From: Ferroacidibacillus organovorans
GTDB taxonomy: Bacteria > Bacillota > Bacilli > Alicyclobacillales > SLC66
Length of the DNA stretch: 64,000 bases
Reading direction: 5' to 3'
Assembly (NCBI RefSeq): GCF_001642725.1
Contig: NZ_LSUQ01000010.1
Coordinates: 1-64,000 of the forward strand
Shown here: positions 38,447-49,073 of the stretch, piece by piece
How the letters are laid out: every line of letters starts with the position of its first letter
Position numbering within the stretch: position 1 is the stretch's first letter
Notes under the pieces: generated by a model
Told to the model about the DNA's origin: nothing
Seen by the model: only the letters and a program-made list of their open reading frames with translations
Databases searched by the model: none
Position numbers and translations under genes: made by a program

Positions 38447-39466
38447 GTGATGAGTGTTCGACGAGGTGGGGAGTTGTCGGGTAAGCAGAAGGCCGCACTC
38501 CTTCTGATTTCTCTCGGTCCAGAGACGGCGGCGAACGTCTACAAACATCTTCGAGAAGAGGAAATCGAAAAACTAACACTTGAAATTGCGTCAGTTCAAC
38601 GGGTGGAGCACGGTGATCGCTCGCGAATCCTCGAAGAATTTCAGCAGCTTGCAATCGCCGAGCAATACATCTCTGAGGGTGGGATTGAATACGCGCGCGA
38701 GATTTTGCAAAAGGCTCTTGGCAAAGAGCGGGCGCTTGAACTGGTCGAACGTCTGACCTCCTCATTGCAGGTGCGACCCTTTGAGTTTGCGCGAAAGGCG
38801 AATCCGCTGCAAATTCTGAACTTTATACAGACCGAACACCCGCAAACGATCGCTCTTGTTCTATCGTACTTGGAACCTAAACAGGCGTCCGGAATTCTTG
38901 CGGAACTTCCGCAAAACGTGCGCTATGAAGTTGCCATGCGGATTGCCACGATGGATTCAACGAGTCCGGAAGTCGTGAGTTCAGTAGAACGTGTTCTTGA
39001 GAGTAAACTCGCCTCGATGACATCGCTTGGAACGATGAACATCGGTGGACTCGACGCGCTTGTTCAAATTTTGAATGGCGTGGATCGCAGTACAGAGCGC
39101 GGGATTCTTGATTACGTCGAAACCACCGATCCAGAACTGGCGGAAGAGATTAAGCGGCGCATGTTTATTTTTGAAGACATCGTCATGCTTGATCCCAAAT
39201 CGGTTCAGCGCGTGATTCGCGATATCGAGCAGTCAGATTTGCAACTCGCATTGCGAACTGCGAGTGAGGAAGTCAAGGAACTCGTATTCTCTAACATGTC
39301 AAAACGGATGGTCGAGACGTTCAAGGAAGATATGGAGTTCGCAGGTCCTGTGCGGTTGCGCGATGTCGAAGAGGCTCAACAGCGCATCGTTGCGCAGATT
39401 CGCAGGTTAGAAGATATGGGAGAAATCGTAATTCGACGAGGTGGCAGCGAAGATGTCCTTGTCTAA
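38447..39466 (+). CDS. fliG: flagellar motor switch protein FliG
   Basis: QKAALLLISLG, EHPQTIALVLS, MFIFEDI, VEEAQQRI. Confidence 0.97.
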   Translation: MMSVRRGGELSGKQKAALLLISLGPETAANVYKHLREEEIEKLTLEIASVQRVEHGDRSRILEEFQQLAIAEQYISEGGIEYAREILQKALGKERALELVERLTSSLQVRPFEFARKANPLQILNFIQTEHPQTIALVLSYLEPKQASGILAELPQNVRYEVAMRIATMDSTSPEVVSSVERVLESKLASMTSLGTMNIGGLDALVQILNGVDRSTERGILDYVETTDPELAEEIKRRMFIFEDIVMLDPKSVQRVIRDIEQSDLQLALRTASEEVKELVFSNMSKRMVETFKEDMEFAGPVRLRDVEEAQQRIVAQIRRLEDMGEIVIRRGGSEDVLV

Positions 39467-40253
39467 AATTTACAGACTTCCGTGTGACGATATTGCGAAT
39501 CGCACCATCACCTCTCCTCTCAGCGAATCCTTTTTACAGCGTTCTAGTCAGCGCAACTTGACGGATGGACATGAAACGGATGCGGTTGAGCAGGATCTCT
39601 CGCAAAATGCACAGAGTGAAATGGAAATTTCGCTGCGAGAGTTGGGAGCGGAACTTTTGCGACTCGAGGGCGAGCGGGAAACTCTGACGCGCGAACTGGT
39701 AAGCATGGAGGAAGAAGCTAAATTACGTGCAGAACATCTCTTTGCACAAGCGCGTGACGAAGGGTTTAGGGATGGTTTTGAAGTCGGCGTCAGGCAAGGT
39801 GAACAATCGGTTTCCGAAAAAATAGACATGGTGGACAAGCTTCTGCGCCTCGCGGGAGAAGAGCGCGCACGCGCGCTGCTTGAACGCGAGAGCGATGTTG
39901 TAAGGCTTGCCATGCAGATCGCGCGAAGGGTTGTCTGCGCGACAATTGCGGATGATGATGAGATGGCGCAAGCGGTGATTCGCCCGCTGCTCGCGAAGGT
40001 GCGAAAAACGAACCGTTTAGAACTCCGCGTGGCGAGCGCAGATTTTGCTTCCGTTCTTTCCGAAAAACCAGATCTTGAGTCACTCCTTTTTTTTGATGCT
40101 CGTCTTGACGTCGTGCCGGATCTGAGTTTGAAGCGTGGGGACGTCGTTTTGATCACGGATTTTGGGACCATGGATGGGCGGGTCGAAACGCGCATGGATC
40201 TCATCTCCCAGGCGCTGCTTAAAGTCGCAAAACGATCGGGTGATCTAGAATGA
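39453..40253 (+). CDS. fliH: flagellar assembly protein FliH
   Basis: AxxxGxxxG repeats (ARDEGFRDGFEVG), C-terminal GD..I.T..G..D; position. Confidence 0.88.
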   Translation: MSLSKIYRLPCDDIANRTITSPLSESFLQRSSQRNLTDGHETDAVEQDLSQNAQSEMEISLRELGAELLRLEGERETLTRELVSMEEEAKLRAEHLFAQARDEGFRDGFEVGVRQGEQSVSEKIDMVDKLLRLAGEERARALLERESDVVRLAMQIARRVVCATIADDDEMAQAVIRPLLAKVRKTNRLELRVASADFASVLSEKPDLESLLFFDARLDVVPDLSLKRGDVVLITDFGTMDGRVETRMDLISQALLKVAKRSGDLE

Positions 40254-41566
40254 GCCAGGGACGCATTGCGCGCTATGAAGCTATTCTTGATCAAACCGAT
40301 CTTTTTCGCGTCCACGGCCATGTACAGAATGTCGTCGGAACGTTGATTGAATCGATTGGGCCGATGACGAAGATCGGAGAAATTTGCCGGATTAGTGGTT
40401 CCGATAACCAGGATATTCTCTGTGAGGTCATCGGGTTTCGCAGTGAGCGCGTGTTACTGGTTCCCCTTTCTACGCTTGAGGGGCTAGCACCCGGCAGCGT
40501 CGTAATGGCGACGGGCAAACCGCTCACGGTGGGTGTTGGGGACGGATTGCTCGGGCGTGTCCTTGATGGTCTCGGCTTACCGATCGATGGACTAGGCGCG
40601 TTGCGTACGTATGAGGAGCGGTCCACACTGCGGGAACCCCCCTTGCCGCTATCGCGACCGCGCATTGACTCGGTGTTGTCGACAGGCGTCCGCGTGATCG
40701 ACGCGTTTTTAACGCTTGGAAAAGGGCAGCGTATCGGTCTTTTTGCAGGTAGTGGCGTAGGGAAAAGCACACTGCTCGGCATGATTGCAAAAGAAAGTCA
40801 AGCGGATGTGAACGTGATTGCGCTCGTCGGGGAGCGTGGTCGTGAGGTCAACGAGTTTATTGAGCGGGATCTTGCAATGGCTCGGGATCGCACGGTAGTG
40901 GTCGTGGCAACATCAGATCAACCGGCGGTCGTGCGCGCAAAGGCGGCCTATGTCGCGACGACGATTGCAGAGTATTTTCGCGATAAAGGGTTGTCGGTGA
41001 ACCTCATGATGGATTCGGTGACTCGCTTTGCGATGGCGCTTCGCGAAATGGGACTGGCAGTAGGAGAGCCGCCTACGGCGCGCGGGTACACGCCATCTGT
41101 CTTTGCGGCACTTCCGCGCCTGCTTGAACGCACTGGGAAGAATGAGCGAGGCACAATCACAGGCATCTACACAGTGCTCGTTGACGGGGACGACATGCAG
41201 GAACCGATCGTCGACGCGGTGCGCGGAATTCTTGACGGACATATCACGCTGAGCCGCGCGCTTGCTGAACGTGGACACTATCCGGCGGTGGATTTACTAC
41301 AAAGTGTGAGTCGCCTCATGACGGATCTTGTAGATCAAGAACATCGCCAGGCCGCACTTGAAGTGAGACGCTGGATTGGAGCGGGGCGAGATGCGGAGGA
41401 TCTGATTCGCATCGGTGCGTATAAACGTGGTACAGATCCGCTGATCGACCAATGGATGGCGATGGAGACTGCGATAAAACAATTCTTGGTACAGGATGTC
41501 GAGGATCACAGCGTGTATGATCAAGCACGCTCACTGCTTTTGGATCTCTTGAAGGGGGGCGTGTAG
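40250..41566 (+). CDS. fliI: flagellar export ATPase FliI
   Basis: FAGSGVGKST, GERGREV, DSVTRFAMA, GEPP..RGY. Confidence 0.97.
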   Translation: MSQGRIARYEAILDQTDLFRVHGHVQNVVGTLIESIGPMTKIGEICRISGSDNQDILCEVIGFRSERVLLVPLSTLEGLAPGSVVMATGKPLTVGVGDGLLGRVLDGLGLPIDGLGALRTYEERSTLREPPLPLSRPRIDSVLSTGVRVIDAFLTLGKGQRIGLFAGSGVGKSTLLGMIAKESQADVNVIALVGERGREVNEFIERDLAMARDRTVVVVATSDQPAVVRAKAAYVATTIAEYFRDKGLSVNLMMDSVTRFAMALREMGLAVGEPPTARGYTPSVFAALPRLLERTGKNERGTITGIYTVLVDGDDMQEPIVDAVRGILDGHITLSRALAERGHYPAVDLLQSVSRLMTDLVDQEHRQAALEVRRWIGAGRDAEDLIRIGAYKRGTDPLIDQWMAMETAIKQFLVQDVEDHSVYDQARSLLLDLLKGGV

Positions 41567-41567
41567 C

Positions 41568-41996
41568 GTGGATTACGCACGCGCGGTCCGCCTGAAAAAA
41601 ATGAAGATCTATGAAGAGAAGCAGCGGCTAGAAGAGCGCATGCACGCTGATCAAAAGGTGGATCACGCACGTCAACACGTCAGCGATTTGCGAGCGGAGC
41701 AAGAAATTGCGTTTGCACAACTTCACCGGGGTGCGCGAACGGCGGCCGATTTTCAACAGTGGGCGCGCTATGATGAAGCTTTGCGCGAAAAGGAAGGACT
41801 AGCGCTTCATCAATTAGAGGAGTGTGTGGATGAGGCCAATCAAGCAAGCGAGGCTGTGTTTCGCGCTTATCAGGATGTGTACCGCTTTCGGCAACTCGCA
41901 GAATTGGAAAGGTCGAGATTGCAAAAAGAGCGCCTGTCTCGCGAGTGGCACGCGCTTGACGAATGGGTTCTCAATCGCAGCGTGACGAACCCATGA
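41568..41996 (+). CDS. fliJ: flagellar export protein FliJ
   Basis: coiled-coil, C-terminal E..ALDE; follows fliI. Confidence 0.8.
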   Translation: MDYARAVRLKKMKIYEEKQRLEERMHADQKVDHARQHVSDLRAEQEIAFAQLHRGARTAADFQQWARYDEALREKEGLALHQLEECVDEANQASEAVFRAYQDVYRFRQLAELERSRLQKERLSREWHALDEWVLNRSVTNP

Positions 41997-42021
41997 CGGG
42001 TCGATTGGAGGGAGAAAGATC

Positions 42022-42594
42022 ATGGAAGAAGCAGTGAAGAGAAAATCGCGCTCCCTTTCCTTTCTCTTTTATATGATTCTGCTTCCACTTCTTGTTTCGG
42101 TTATTTTAGTGATCGGCGCACTACAGATTCTCGGCTATAACGTCGTAGGGAATCTTTCACGCTTTGCGACGCAAAATCCGGTGATTCGACACTCGATCGG
42201 ATTACCTCCGCTTGCACAGCCTATTCCGGTTCAGGTTAAAGCGCTCCGCGGACAACTAACTGCCGCACAGAAAACACTTCAAAATCTTCACGATCAACTG
42301 ACACGCGAAAACCACGCGCTCCTCGCGAGTCAATCGCTTGCGGTTGCGGAAAAGACCAAGATTTCAGCGCTTGAAAAACAGGTGGCGACGTCGCAAAAAA
42401 CGCTCTCAACTGCCAAAGGAGCTGCGGCTGTGTATATGAACATGTCGCCGAGTCAAGCGGCGCAGATTATGCAACTTCAACCTTTTGCGCAACAGGTGGC
42501 CATTTTGCGATCCATGGATCAGGCGACACAGGCATCGATCCTCTCGGGGATGCCGCCCAAGTTGGCGGCGAAATTGATTCAAGCTGGGGCGTAA
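42022..42594 (+). CDS. YlxF/MotE-like flagellar protein (MgtE N-terminal-like repeats)
   Basis: TM + coiled coil + Y.NMSPSQAAQI..IL.SM..ILSGMPPK.AAKL; position between fliJ and fliK. Confidence 0.8.
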   Translation: MEEAVKRKSRSLSFLFYMILLPLLVSVILVIGALQILGYNVVGNLSRFATQNPVIRHSIGLPPLAQPIPVQVKALRGQLTAAQKTLQNLHDQLTRENHALLASQSLAVAEKTKISALEKQVATSQKTLSTAKGAAAVYMNMSPSQAAQIMQLQPFAQQVAILRSMDQATQASILSGMPPKLAAKLIQAGA

Positions 42595-42663
42595 TGAAGT
42601 GCAGACCGATTCACGGTGAAAGGGGTGATGCCAGTATTGCTTTTATGTAACGGTTGAGAGGGG

Positions 42664-44189
42664 GTGAAATTCATGATTCAGGGATCACTTTCCATTTCAT
42701 TACAAGGCGTGAAAGCGGCTGCTTTGCCGATTGATGCGCGAAAATCTACTGTGCTTCGATCCAATGCTTCTGAACACGCCAAAAATGCTCGTGTTTTAAA
42801 GCATTCTGGCAGACTTGGCAAGGTTGCACTGCACAAGAAAGCGGCTGCTGCAAAACCGCCGGTGAGCGGGGCCACCTCTCCATTTCTGGCGGCGCTTTTA
42901 CTGACGAATGCGACGCAGCAAACGCCTGTGCGTACAGCGCAGCGAGTGTGGGAAATGCGCACCGCGTCCTGCGCACGTCGTCAGGAGTTGGCGCAGTCAC
43001 GCTTCAGTCAGAGATCGCGCATACCTCTGAACAGCACGCTAAGCCGGGAACGTCGGCAAGAGTGTCGGCTTATCCGCGTACGCTTTTGACGCAGAGCGCT
43101 GCACGTGAAATGCCGATCGCGCAAGAAAGCAATTCTGTGATTGGAGTGAACGTTCTGCAGAAGTTTGTTGCAAAAACGATGCCACTCGGGCGCGAGCAGC
43201 CTGGTGTTGTCGTGCAGCAAAGCGCGAACGCCTCTTTGCTCACGCATCCGCTAAAGCGTAGTGGACAGCAAGCACACTCCCTTACTGCAGCACTGCAAAG
43301 CGATCAAATTCAAGGAATAGAGAAGCCTTCTGTGTCGTCAGCATTCATCGCGTCGGCGCAAGGGGGTGGAGTGCAGGCTGGAGTGAAGCGAGCGAATCAT
43401 TCGAACGTCTCAACTTCAAGTGCTGAAAGTGGCGGTGCATTGGCGCCAGGTTTAGGGGTTCGGAGAACGTATCCGAGCGCTCTTGGGTTGATTACCTCCG
43501 CGAAAGTGCATGGCTCAAGCACCAATCAAACAGGAGCAGCGATTGCCAGTCAAGGCGTTAGTGCACTTCAAATTGCGCTGCAGCAGGCAAAATCGATGAA
43601 ACGTTTACCGCGGACAGTTCACACAGGTGCTGCGACGATGCAGGCGAACATGATCCGATTGCACGCGATTCTGCCGCTTCGATCACCACAGCGTCACGGA
43701 ATGATCGCAGTGGCGATGGAGCGACCGTCGCTACCCCATCCTGTGACGGTTGGGTTTGTACAAAGTGGAACGGCGATTCAAAATTCGCCTGTCGCATGGT
43801 CGGAGCTAGGTAAGTTTTTACAGTCTAAACTTCAGTCGAGTGACGCACAGACTCAAGTGACGGTGCAACTCACGCTTCATCCTGCGCATCTTGGACAGGT
43901 CAATGTCATCATGGATGTGCGCGCATCACAACATGTGAATGTCCAGCTTGTCGCCGCCAATGCAGATGCAAAACTAATGATTCAAACGCATCGTGCGGAG
44001 CTCATTCAACAGTTGACGCAAGGCGGCTTTGTGAGTGTGCATGTCGATGTGCGTCAAGAACAGGGGAGGGCGTCGGCACACGCGGAGCGACCACTGACCG
44101 TCACAAAAAATCGCTCGCCAATTGTCGCGGCATCCAGGGCTTCATCATATCAGGAACAATTCGCGACAGGATTTTATGCGGAAGGGTAG
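42664..44189 (+). pseudogene. fliK: flagellar hook-length control protein FliK, split across two frames (real or artefactual frameshift)
   Basis: ORF 42664..43089 has strong RBS; ORF 42948..44189 has FliK C-domain (LTLHPAHLGQVNV) but no clear RBS; both frames open over 42774-43089. Confidence 0.7.
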
Positions 44190-44197
44190 GGAATTGA

Positions 44198-44656
44198 ATG
44201 ACGGCAATCGGAGGCATTTTATCTACGTCGGCATCGTCCACGACGACATTGCAAGTGAGTACGAGCGGCACCGTGGCGCCTGGGGGCGCATTGAATCAAA
44301 ATTCATTCTTGCAACTCTTGGCGACCCAATTGCAGTACCAGAATCCATTGCAACCGACAAGCAACACGCAATTCATTGCTCAGTTGGCGCAGTTCTCATC
44401 GCTTGAGCAGATGACCAATGTGGCGACAGGTGAGACGCAATTGCAGAGTGGACTCGCAACGATCAACAGCAACACACAACTTGCGACAGCATTTTCCATC
44501 ATGGGTGACACCGTCTCGGTACAAACGGGGAGTGGGACTACCGTAAGCGGGATTGTCACTTCGGTGAATACGCAGTCAGGCGCGATCATGGTTACGGTCG
44601 GAAGCCAAAGCTATCCGCTTCAAACGATTGTCTCTGTGACAAAGCCGGGTCTTTAA
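44198..44656 (+). CDS. flgD: flagellar hook capping protein FlgD
   Basis: FLQLLATQLQYQNPL.P, FIAQLAQFSSLEQM. Confidence 0.95.
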   Translation: MTAIGGILSTSASSTTTLQVSTSGTVAPGGALNQNSFLQLLATQLQYQNPLQPTSNTQFIAQLAQFSSLEQMTNVATGETQLQSGLATINSNTQLATAFSIMGDTVSVQTGSGTTVSGIVTSVNTQSGAIMVTVGSQSYPLQTIVSVTKPGL

Positions 44657-44658
44657 GA

Positions 44659-45060
44659 ATGAACGATTGGATTGCAAAGCGTCTGCATGAAGCGGTTACG
44701 CCAAACGTTCACCCGGCGGCGACGAAGATTCAACCACCGTCACGCACGACGTCCGCAAACAAAGCACAAGAGCCGCGATTTTCGGATGTGCTTTCGCAAG
44801 CGAGTCAAAAATTGACCTTTTCTCATCACGCGCAAGAAAGATTGAAATCGAGAAACATTATTATGTCGCAGGAACTGCATCAAAAACTTTTACAGGCAAC
44901 GGATGCACTGGCTTGCAAGCGCGCGCAAAACGCGCTCATTGTAGCGATGGGAACACAGTTTCTCATCAATGTTCCGAACCGCACAGTTGTCACTGTGATG
45001 ACAAAAGAAGAGTCGAGCGCTCAAGTCATCACAAATATTGATAGTGCAGTCGTTTTGTAA
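44659..45060 (+). CDS. putative flagellar operon protein (TIGR02530-like)
   Basis: FSHHAQERLKSRNI, NVPNRTVVT, TNIDSAV. Confidence 0.88.
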   Translation: MNDWIAKRLHEAVTPNVHPAATKIQPPSRTTSANKAQEPRFSDVLSQASQKLTFSHHAQERLKSRNIIMSQELHQKLLQATDALACKRAQNALIVAMGTQFLINVPNRTVVTVMTKEESSAQVITNIDSAVVL

Positions 45061-45176
45061 TTGAGGTGGGCCGGACCGCTTGTCGGAAGCCCAAGGCGAA
45101 CGCGGATGGATCGAAGCGACGCCCGTGAGTTGACAGGATATGCGCGATTTGAAACCATCAATCAGGAGGAATGGAC

Positions 45177-46121
45177 ATGCTTCGCTCGCTTTACTCTGCC
45201 GTTTCCGGAATGAATGCCTACCAGACCAGTCTTGATGTTGTAGGAAATAACATTGCAAACGTCGATACGACAGGATTTAAGTCGGGTCGTGTCGAATTTA
45301 GTGATATCCTCAGTCAAACGGTGTCTGGCGCATCGAGCCCGACTGCCAACCTGGGCGGGATCAACGCACAACAGATAGGACTCGGTGTGAACATCTCCGC
45401 CGTGCAAAACTCGTTTACGCAAGGCGCCGATCAGGTGACGGGCGTGCCGACCGACATCGCATTAAATGGGGATGGATTTTTTGTAGTGTCCCCGCAAGGG
45501 CAATTGTCTTCGGCTACTGGGACGCCTCCGGCGAATGCCTCAACCGTTCCACTGTACTATTCGCGCGCGGGTAATTTTTCAGTGGATGGAGCAGGCAATT
45601 TGGTTCTTCCTGACGGTTCGAAATTGATGGGGCAATTTGTTCCTGCAAACGCTGGTACGCCAGGTCCAGCGCCAACAAGCTTCTCATCAACCAATCTTTC
45701 AGCCGTAAACTTGGGAATGCCAGCGTCTGCATCGGGTGGACCAAACGTTACGTTGAACAATTATACGATTGGTCAAAACGGGCAAATCACTCTGACCGAC
45801 CCAACAAACGGCACGATCGTGGGTACGTATTACGTCCCTGTGGCGCGCGTGACAAATCCGGCCGGGATGACCAAAGTGGGTGCCAACCTTTTTACCACAA
45901 GTGTCAATTCGGGAGGTGGCAACATTCCACCGCTTTATACACCAGGGCAGAATGGCGCCGCAAGTTTTCAATCGGGCGCGCTGGAGGCGTCAAATGTCAA
46001 TTTGACTGACCAGTTTACAGCAATGATCATCGCGCAGCAGGCGTTTGACGCCAACTCGAAGGTCATTAACACGGATAATAACATTTTGAGTACTGTGCTA
46101 AATCTTGAGCAGCAAGCGTAA
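45177..46121 (+). CDS. flgE: flagellar hook protein FlgE (Bacillus-type short hook/rod family)
   Basis: MLRSLYSAVSG, GNNIANVDTTGFK, GDGFF, YSRAGNF, LEASNVNL; follows flgD. Confidence 0.9.
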   Translation: MLRSLYSAVSGMNAYQTSLDVVGNNIANVDTTGFKSGRVEFSDILSQTVSGASSPTANLGGINAQQIGLGVNISAVQNSFTQGADQVTGVPTDIALNGDGFFVVSPQGQLSSATGTPPANASTVPLYYSRAGNFSVDGAGNLVLPDGSKLMGQFVPANAGTPGPAPTSFSSTNLSAVNLGMPASASGGPNVTLNNYTIGQNGQITLTDPTNGTIVGTYYVPVARVTNPAGMTKVGANLFTTSVNSGGGNIPPLYTPGQNGAASFQSGALEASNVNLTDQFTAMIIAQQAFDANSKVINTDNNILSTVLNLEQQA

Positions 46122-46187
46122 ACGCGCCTGCCAAGAGATGAATAACCGAGTTTCTTGAAACGATTGTGAAATCCGGAGGTGTGCGGA

Positions 46188-46415
46188 ATGATCGCGTTGA
46201 CACGTATGGATGGTTCGCATTTGATCATTAGCGCTTTAATGATTGAGACGATAGAATCGACGCCAGATACGGTGATTTCGCTCACCTCCGGACGTAAGTA
46301 TGTCGTTAAAGAATTGGCGAGCGATGTCGTTCACCAAGTGACCGTTTATTTACAAGAGATCGGTCTTGTTGGTGCGCACGCTGCAAATCGACATGAGGTG
46401 TCGCATGAACGCTAG
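46188..46415 (+). CDS. flbD: flagellar FlbD/SwrD family protein
   Basis: MIALTRMDG, IETIESTPDTVISL.SG.KYVVKE. Confidence 0.9.
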   Translation: MIALTRMDGSHLIISALMIETIESTPDTVISLTSGRKYVVKELASDVVHQVTVYLQEIGLVGAHAANRHEVSHER

Positions 46416-46824
46416 AAAGGTCTCCTTTATTCTTATTCCCGCGCTTGCCGTAGTGGTTTTGGGCGGAGCGGCCGCCTACAAGTTTCTCTTTTCGTCCAAG
46501 GTTCACGCACCGCCTACGGCTGCACAACTTCAGTCGTGGCAGTACAACGTTGACAAGATCACAACCAATCTGCAGGGCAGCAGCATGATTCAAATTCAGT
46601 TGACGTTACAGGCGCTCAGCACGAAAGTTGATACAGAATTGACAGAGAGAAATGCTCAGTTGGACGATGTCGTCATCGGTGTGTTACACAATCTGAGTGC
46701 GAGCCAAATTGAGGCACCAGGTGGGCGTACGTATATGAAAGACCTGATTTTAAAACGTGTAAACGCCATTTTGACTACAGGAAAGATAACGGCCGTCTAT
46801 ATTCAAAACATGATTGTACAGTAG
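46405..46824 (+). CDS. fliL: flagellar basal body-associated protein FliL
   Basis: N-terminal TM, ITTNL, C-terminal VYIQNMIVQ; position before fliM. Confidence 0.88.
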   Translation: MNARKVSFILIPALAVVVLGGAAAYKFLFSSKVHAPPTAAQLQSWQYNVDKITTNLQGSSMIQIQLTLQALSTKVDTELTERNAQLDDVVIGVLHNLSASQIEAPGGRTYMKDLILKRVNAILTTGKITAVYIQNMIVQ

Positions 46825-46834
46825 GGGGAACACC

Positions 46835-47830
46835 ATGCCGGATGTCTTGTCTCAGGATGAGATTGACGCGCTTTTAACAGCGCTAAACTCAGGTGAACTC
46901 ACTGCTGATGAGATTCGCAATGAATCGGATTCGGGTCGCGTTCGCGTGTATGATTTTAAGCGCGCCATGCGCTTTTCAAAAGAGCATACGCGTACCATCT
47001 CTGGGATTTATGAGAATTTTTCTAGGTTGCTGACCAACTATTTCTCTGCGCAATTGCGCACGGGCGTGCAATTCTCCGTCGCCTCGATTGATCAGTTGCC
47101 TTTTGAAGAATTTATGGGTTCAATCGCGCCGATCACCGTGCTACACGTGATCGACGTAAAACCGCTTAGTGGTAAATTTCTGCTGGAAGTTCCGAACAGT
47201 GCGTCGTACGCCATGTTGGATCGTCTCCTAGGCGGACAAGGGCAATACCAGAATGTGGGCAGGCGCATGACGGAAATCGATGTGATGGTGTTGGAGCGGC
47301 TGTTTTCTCGCACGATGAGTGCGCTCACCGCTTCGTGGGCGGATGTGGCGCAACTGCAATTCACCTATGACACGTTGGAAGTGAATCCGCAGTTTACACA
47401 GATTGCCAATCAGGGCGACATTGTGCTTCTCGTCACGTTTAGCATTGTCATCGGAAAAACGAGTGGCATCATGAATTTATGCATGCCGCATGTCGTACTT
47501 GAGCCACTGATGCAACGTTTGACATCGCGCTTTGCAATCACGCAGAAGCGGAATGACGCAGAGGCAGAAGTATCCAGAGAACATCTGCGAAGGCAATTGC
47601 ACAGCGTTGCGGTTGACCTTCAGGTGCAACTCGGAAAATCCACGCTGCCGACGAGTGATCTGTTGCGTCTGCAAATTGGTGATGTTATTCCGCTCGATTT
47701 ACGCGTAGATGAGAGCCTGTCCGTCGCCGTGGAGGATGTTGTGAAATTAAAAGGCGCTCCGGGACATTTCAGGGGTCATTACGCCGTGCGCATCACAGAA
47801 CAGGTTGAGGAGGTGAAGTTCGATGAGTAG
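46835..47830 (+). CDS. fliM: flagellar motor switch protein FliM
   Basis: LSQDEIDALL, YDFKRAMRFSKE, DRLLGG, EVNPQF. Confidence 0.96.
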   Translation: MPDVLSQDEIDALLTALNSGELTADEIRNESDSGRVRVYDFKRAMRFSKEHTRTISGIYENFSRLLTNYFSAQLRTGVQFSVASIDQLPFEEFMGSIAPITVLHVIDVKPLSGKFLLEVPNSASYAMLDRLLGGQGQYQNVGRRMTEIDVMVLERLFSRTMSALTASWADVAQLQFTYDTLEVNPQFTQIANQGDIVLLVTFSIVIGKTSGIMNLCMPHVVLEPLMQRLTSRFAITQKRNDAEAEVSREHLRRQLHSVAVDLQVQLGKSTLPTSDLLRLQIGDVIPLDLRVDESLSVAVEDVVKLKGAPGHFRGHYAVRITEQVEEVKFDE

Positions 47831-48998
47831 TGATTTTCTTTCACAGGATGAGATCGATGCACTGTTGCGCGGTGAATCTGCAAAAGGCGAAGATACGGAA
47901 CATGTCGAAACGCTATCAGAAATGGAATGTGACGCGATTGGGGAAATCGGAAACATTGCGTTTGGCACGGCGGCAACGACGCTGTCCATGTTGTTGCGCC
48001 ACAAAGTAAACATCACAGCACCGCGCGTAAGCGTGATACAACCCAACGATATTTCTATGGATATGTCCATACCGCACATCGCTGCGCGCGTTGATTATAC
48101 TGAGGGATTAACCGGTTCGAACGTTTTGGCCATCAAACAAACGGATGCACAAATCATTGCTGATTTGATGCTGGGTGGGGATGGCAGTAACCCTTCACCT
48201 GAAGTGAGCGAGATGCATTTGAGCGCGGTTGCGGAAGCGATGAATCAAATGATGGGCTCGGCGGCGACGTCCATGTCCACGATGCTTATGCGAACGGTTA
48301 ACATCTCGACACCGCATGTCAAAACAATCACGTCACTTGATACGGATTCGAATGAGTATCTTCCCCAGGGGAATTTTCTGGTAAGAATCCTCTTTCGATT
48401 GCAGGTTGGTGAATTGATTGACTCAAATATCATTCAGATTCTCTCTATGGAATTTGCTCACGAACTCGTGGCGACGCTTATGGCGCAGAGTTATGGAACC
48501 TATGAACCGCAAGCGCCGATCACGTCTCCTGAGCCGATTTTAGCAACGCCAAGCGCAGCCGCTCGAAGTGCTTACGCACAGACTGCGCAAGCCACGCAAC
48601 CAATTGCGCCTAGCGTGCCGCGGGGGGGCGCACCGATTCCGGAGTTTGACACAGAATCGGCAATTGAGACCGTTCACCCTGATCGCGTGGAGCGCGCGGT
48701 ATTCGCACCGCTTGACGAGCGGCCTTACGGGGAAGGGATCAAAAACCTTGATCTCTTGATGGATGTGCCTCTTGAGGTGACTGTTGAATTGGGGCGGGCG
48801 AAAAAATTGCTGCGCGATGTGCTTGATATGAGCATCGGATCCGTCTTGGAATTGGAGACGCTCGCCGGTGAACCGGTTGACATTCTTGTCAATCGAAAGA
48901 GAATTGCGCGCGGCGAAGTGGTGGTGATAGACGAACACTTTGGCGTGCGTGTCACAGATATTTTAAGCCCTGCTGAGCGGGTCAAACGCTTGCAGTAA
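47823..48998 (+). CDS. fliY: flagellar motor switch phosphatase FliY
   Basis: LSQDEIDALL, DAIGEIGN, EAMNQMMG CheC-like sites, FliN-like C-terminus. Confidence 0.95.
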   Translation: MSSDFLSQDEIDALLRGESAKGEDTEHVETLSEMECDAIGEIGNIAFGTAATTLSMLLRHKVNITAPRVSVIQPNDISMDMSIPHIAARVDYTEGLTGSNVLAIKQTDAQIIADLMLGGDGSNPSPEVSEMHLSAVAEAMNQMMGSAATSMSTMLMRTVNISTPHVKTITSLDTDSNEYLPQGNFLVRILFRLQVGELIDSNIIQILSMEFAHELVATLMAQSYGTYEPQAPITSPEPILATPSAAARSAYAQTAQATQPIAPSVPRGGAPIPEFDTESAIETVHPDRVERAVFAPLDERPYGEGIKNLDLLMDVPLEVTVELGRAKKLLRDVLDMSIGSVLELETLAGEPVDILVNRKRIARGEVVVIDEHFGVRVTDILSPAERVKRLQ

Positions 48999-49073
48999 CG
49001 TGATTTGGTTTGCCTTTGACGTGTAGCGTAGTGAGGATTCAAAAGATGACGATGGCAATGGAGGAATTGGACA

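Noticed and set aside
39548..40321. Long antisense ORFs (also 51745..52398, 55194..55787, 60300..60842, 60691..61266)
   Set aside because: Opposite well-conserved genes, no RBS or motifs; typical shadow ORFs
42620..42660. 9-codon mini-ORF between ylxF-like gene and fliK
   Set aside because: Too short and RBS spacing is poor; no support
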